A stretch of DNA of 32,000 nt, taken from NCBI RefSeq assembly GCF_000017305.1, contig NC_009664.2, positions 30,001-62,000 on the forward strand. Direction: 5' to 3'. Under the pieces are notes generated by a model. The model made no database searches, was not told where the DNA came from, and saw nothing but the letters and a program-made list of their open reading frames with translations. Positions within the stretch are counted from its first letter, which is position 1. Every line of letters starts with the position of its first letter. This DNA comes from Kineococcus radiotolerans SRS30216 = ATCC BAA-149. Its GTDB lineage: Bacteria > Actinomycetota > Actinomycetes > Actinomycetales > Kineococcaceae. The position numbers and the translations under genes are program-made. Below are positions 31,402-32,000 of the stretch, in pieces.

Positions 31402-32000
31402 GTGTCGACCCTCCTCGACTCCCCCGTCGTCGCCGCTCTGCAGCACGCCCGCACCGGGCGCAGCGGGATCGGCGCCTTCAACGTCGTCCTGCTCGAGCAC
31501 GCGGAGGCCATCGTCGACGGCGCCGAACGGGCGGGCGTCCCGGTCATCCTGCAGATCAGCCAGAACTGCATCGCCTACCACGGCGCCCTGGAGCCGCTGA
31601 CGGCTGCGACCCTCGCCCTCGCCCGACGCTCCCCGGTGCCGGCCATCGTCCACCTCGATCACGCCGACGACGTCGACCTCGTCCACCGGGCCGTCGCCTC
31701 CGGGGTGGACAGCGTCATGTTCGACGGCTCCCACCTGCCCTACGAGGACAACGTCCGCGTCACCCGCGAGGTCGTCGAGCACTGCCACGCGCACGGCGTC
31801 CCCGTCGAAGCGGAGCTGGGAGAAGTCGGCGGCAAGGACGGTGTGCACGCCCCCGGAGCGCGCACCGATCCCGCCCAGGCCGCGGCGTTCGTGGCGGCCA
31901 CCGGCGTCGACAGCCTGGCCGTGGCCGTCGGCAGCTCGCACGCCATGACCGAGCGGGTCGCCACCCTCGACCTGGACCTGGTGGCCGCGCTCGCGGCCGT
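31402..32000 (+). CDS. Class II ketose-bisphosphate aldolase (tagatose/fructose-1,6-bisphosphate aldolase family), 3' end beyond the window
   Basis: My translation from GTG 31402: VSTLLDSPVVAALQHARTGRSGIGAFNV...HLDHADD...MFDGSHLPYEDN...EAELGEVGGKDG...VAVGSSHAM. It is not in the ORF track because no stop lies inside the window. Confidence 0.85.
   Translation, partial: MSTLLDSPVVAALQHARTGRSGIGAFNVVLLEHAEAIVDGAERAGVPVILQISQNCIAYHGALEPLTAATLALARRSPVPAIVHLDHADDVDLVHRAVASGVDSVMFDGSHLPYEDNVRVTREVVEHCHAHGVPVEAELGEVGGKDGVHAPGARTDPAQAAAFVAATGVDSLAVAVGSSHAMTERVATLDLDLVAALAA

Noticed and set aside
28384-31571. Two very long minus-strand ORFs (28384..30348, 654 aa; 29844..31571, 575 aa)
   Set aside because: They are antisense to the kinase/nagA/pfkB genes, which carry diagnostic motifs and show GTGA translational coupling. 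Their Arg/Pro/Ala/Gly-rich composition is that of shadow frames.

Overview
High-GC (about 70% or more by eye) Actinomycetota-type chromosomal DNA. I saw no rRNA, tRNA or CRISPR array. The left 6.1 kb (1-6112) looks accessory. It holds small, mostly single genes in both orientations: a methyltransferase fragment, DUF1330, an SDR+TetR pair, an alpha/beta hydrolase, a P-loop NTPase, a DUF4288-like ORF and two small hypotheticals. Its intergenic gaps carry nine same-strand copies of a ~22-bp repeat (GACTTCACGGTCATCCCGCGAT) that I did not find as an intergenic copy in the other 26 kb. This is the most unusual structure in the window. Next come a TipA-like MerR gene with a textbook 19-bp-spacer promoter and a TetR/SDR divergent pair with twin 17-bp operators. 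They are followed by a decayed LysE exporter behind an Lrp/AsnC gene, an M20 deacylase and an IS5-family transposase relic. An NtaA/DszA-type LLM monooxygenase then carries an in-frame TAG at a conserved Trp. Divergent from it, a promoter, a SAM-IV riboswitch and a 38-codon sORF lead a Dpp/Opp-type ABC importer (SBP, two permeases, fused double ATPase) and a second, intact LLM monooxygenase. I read this as a putative SAM-controlled sulfur-scavenging operon. The right third has a sugar ABC importer + Gfo/Idh/MocA oxidoreductase operon (one permease frameshifted in a G-run) and a DeoR regulator. Divergent from the regulator is an amino-sugar (GalNAc/GalN-type) catabolic operon: SIS isomerase/deaminase, ROK-like kinase, NagA-type deacetylase, PfkB kinase and a class II bisphosphate aldolase that runs off the right edge. 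Many long ORFs in the track are antisense or out-of-frame shadows typical of high-GC DNA and were not called.
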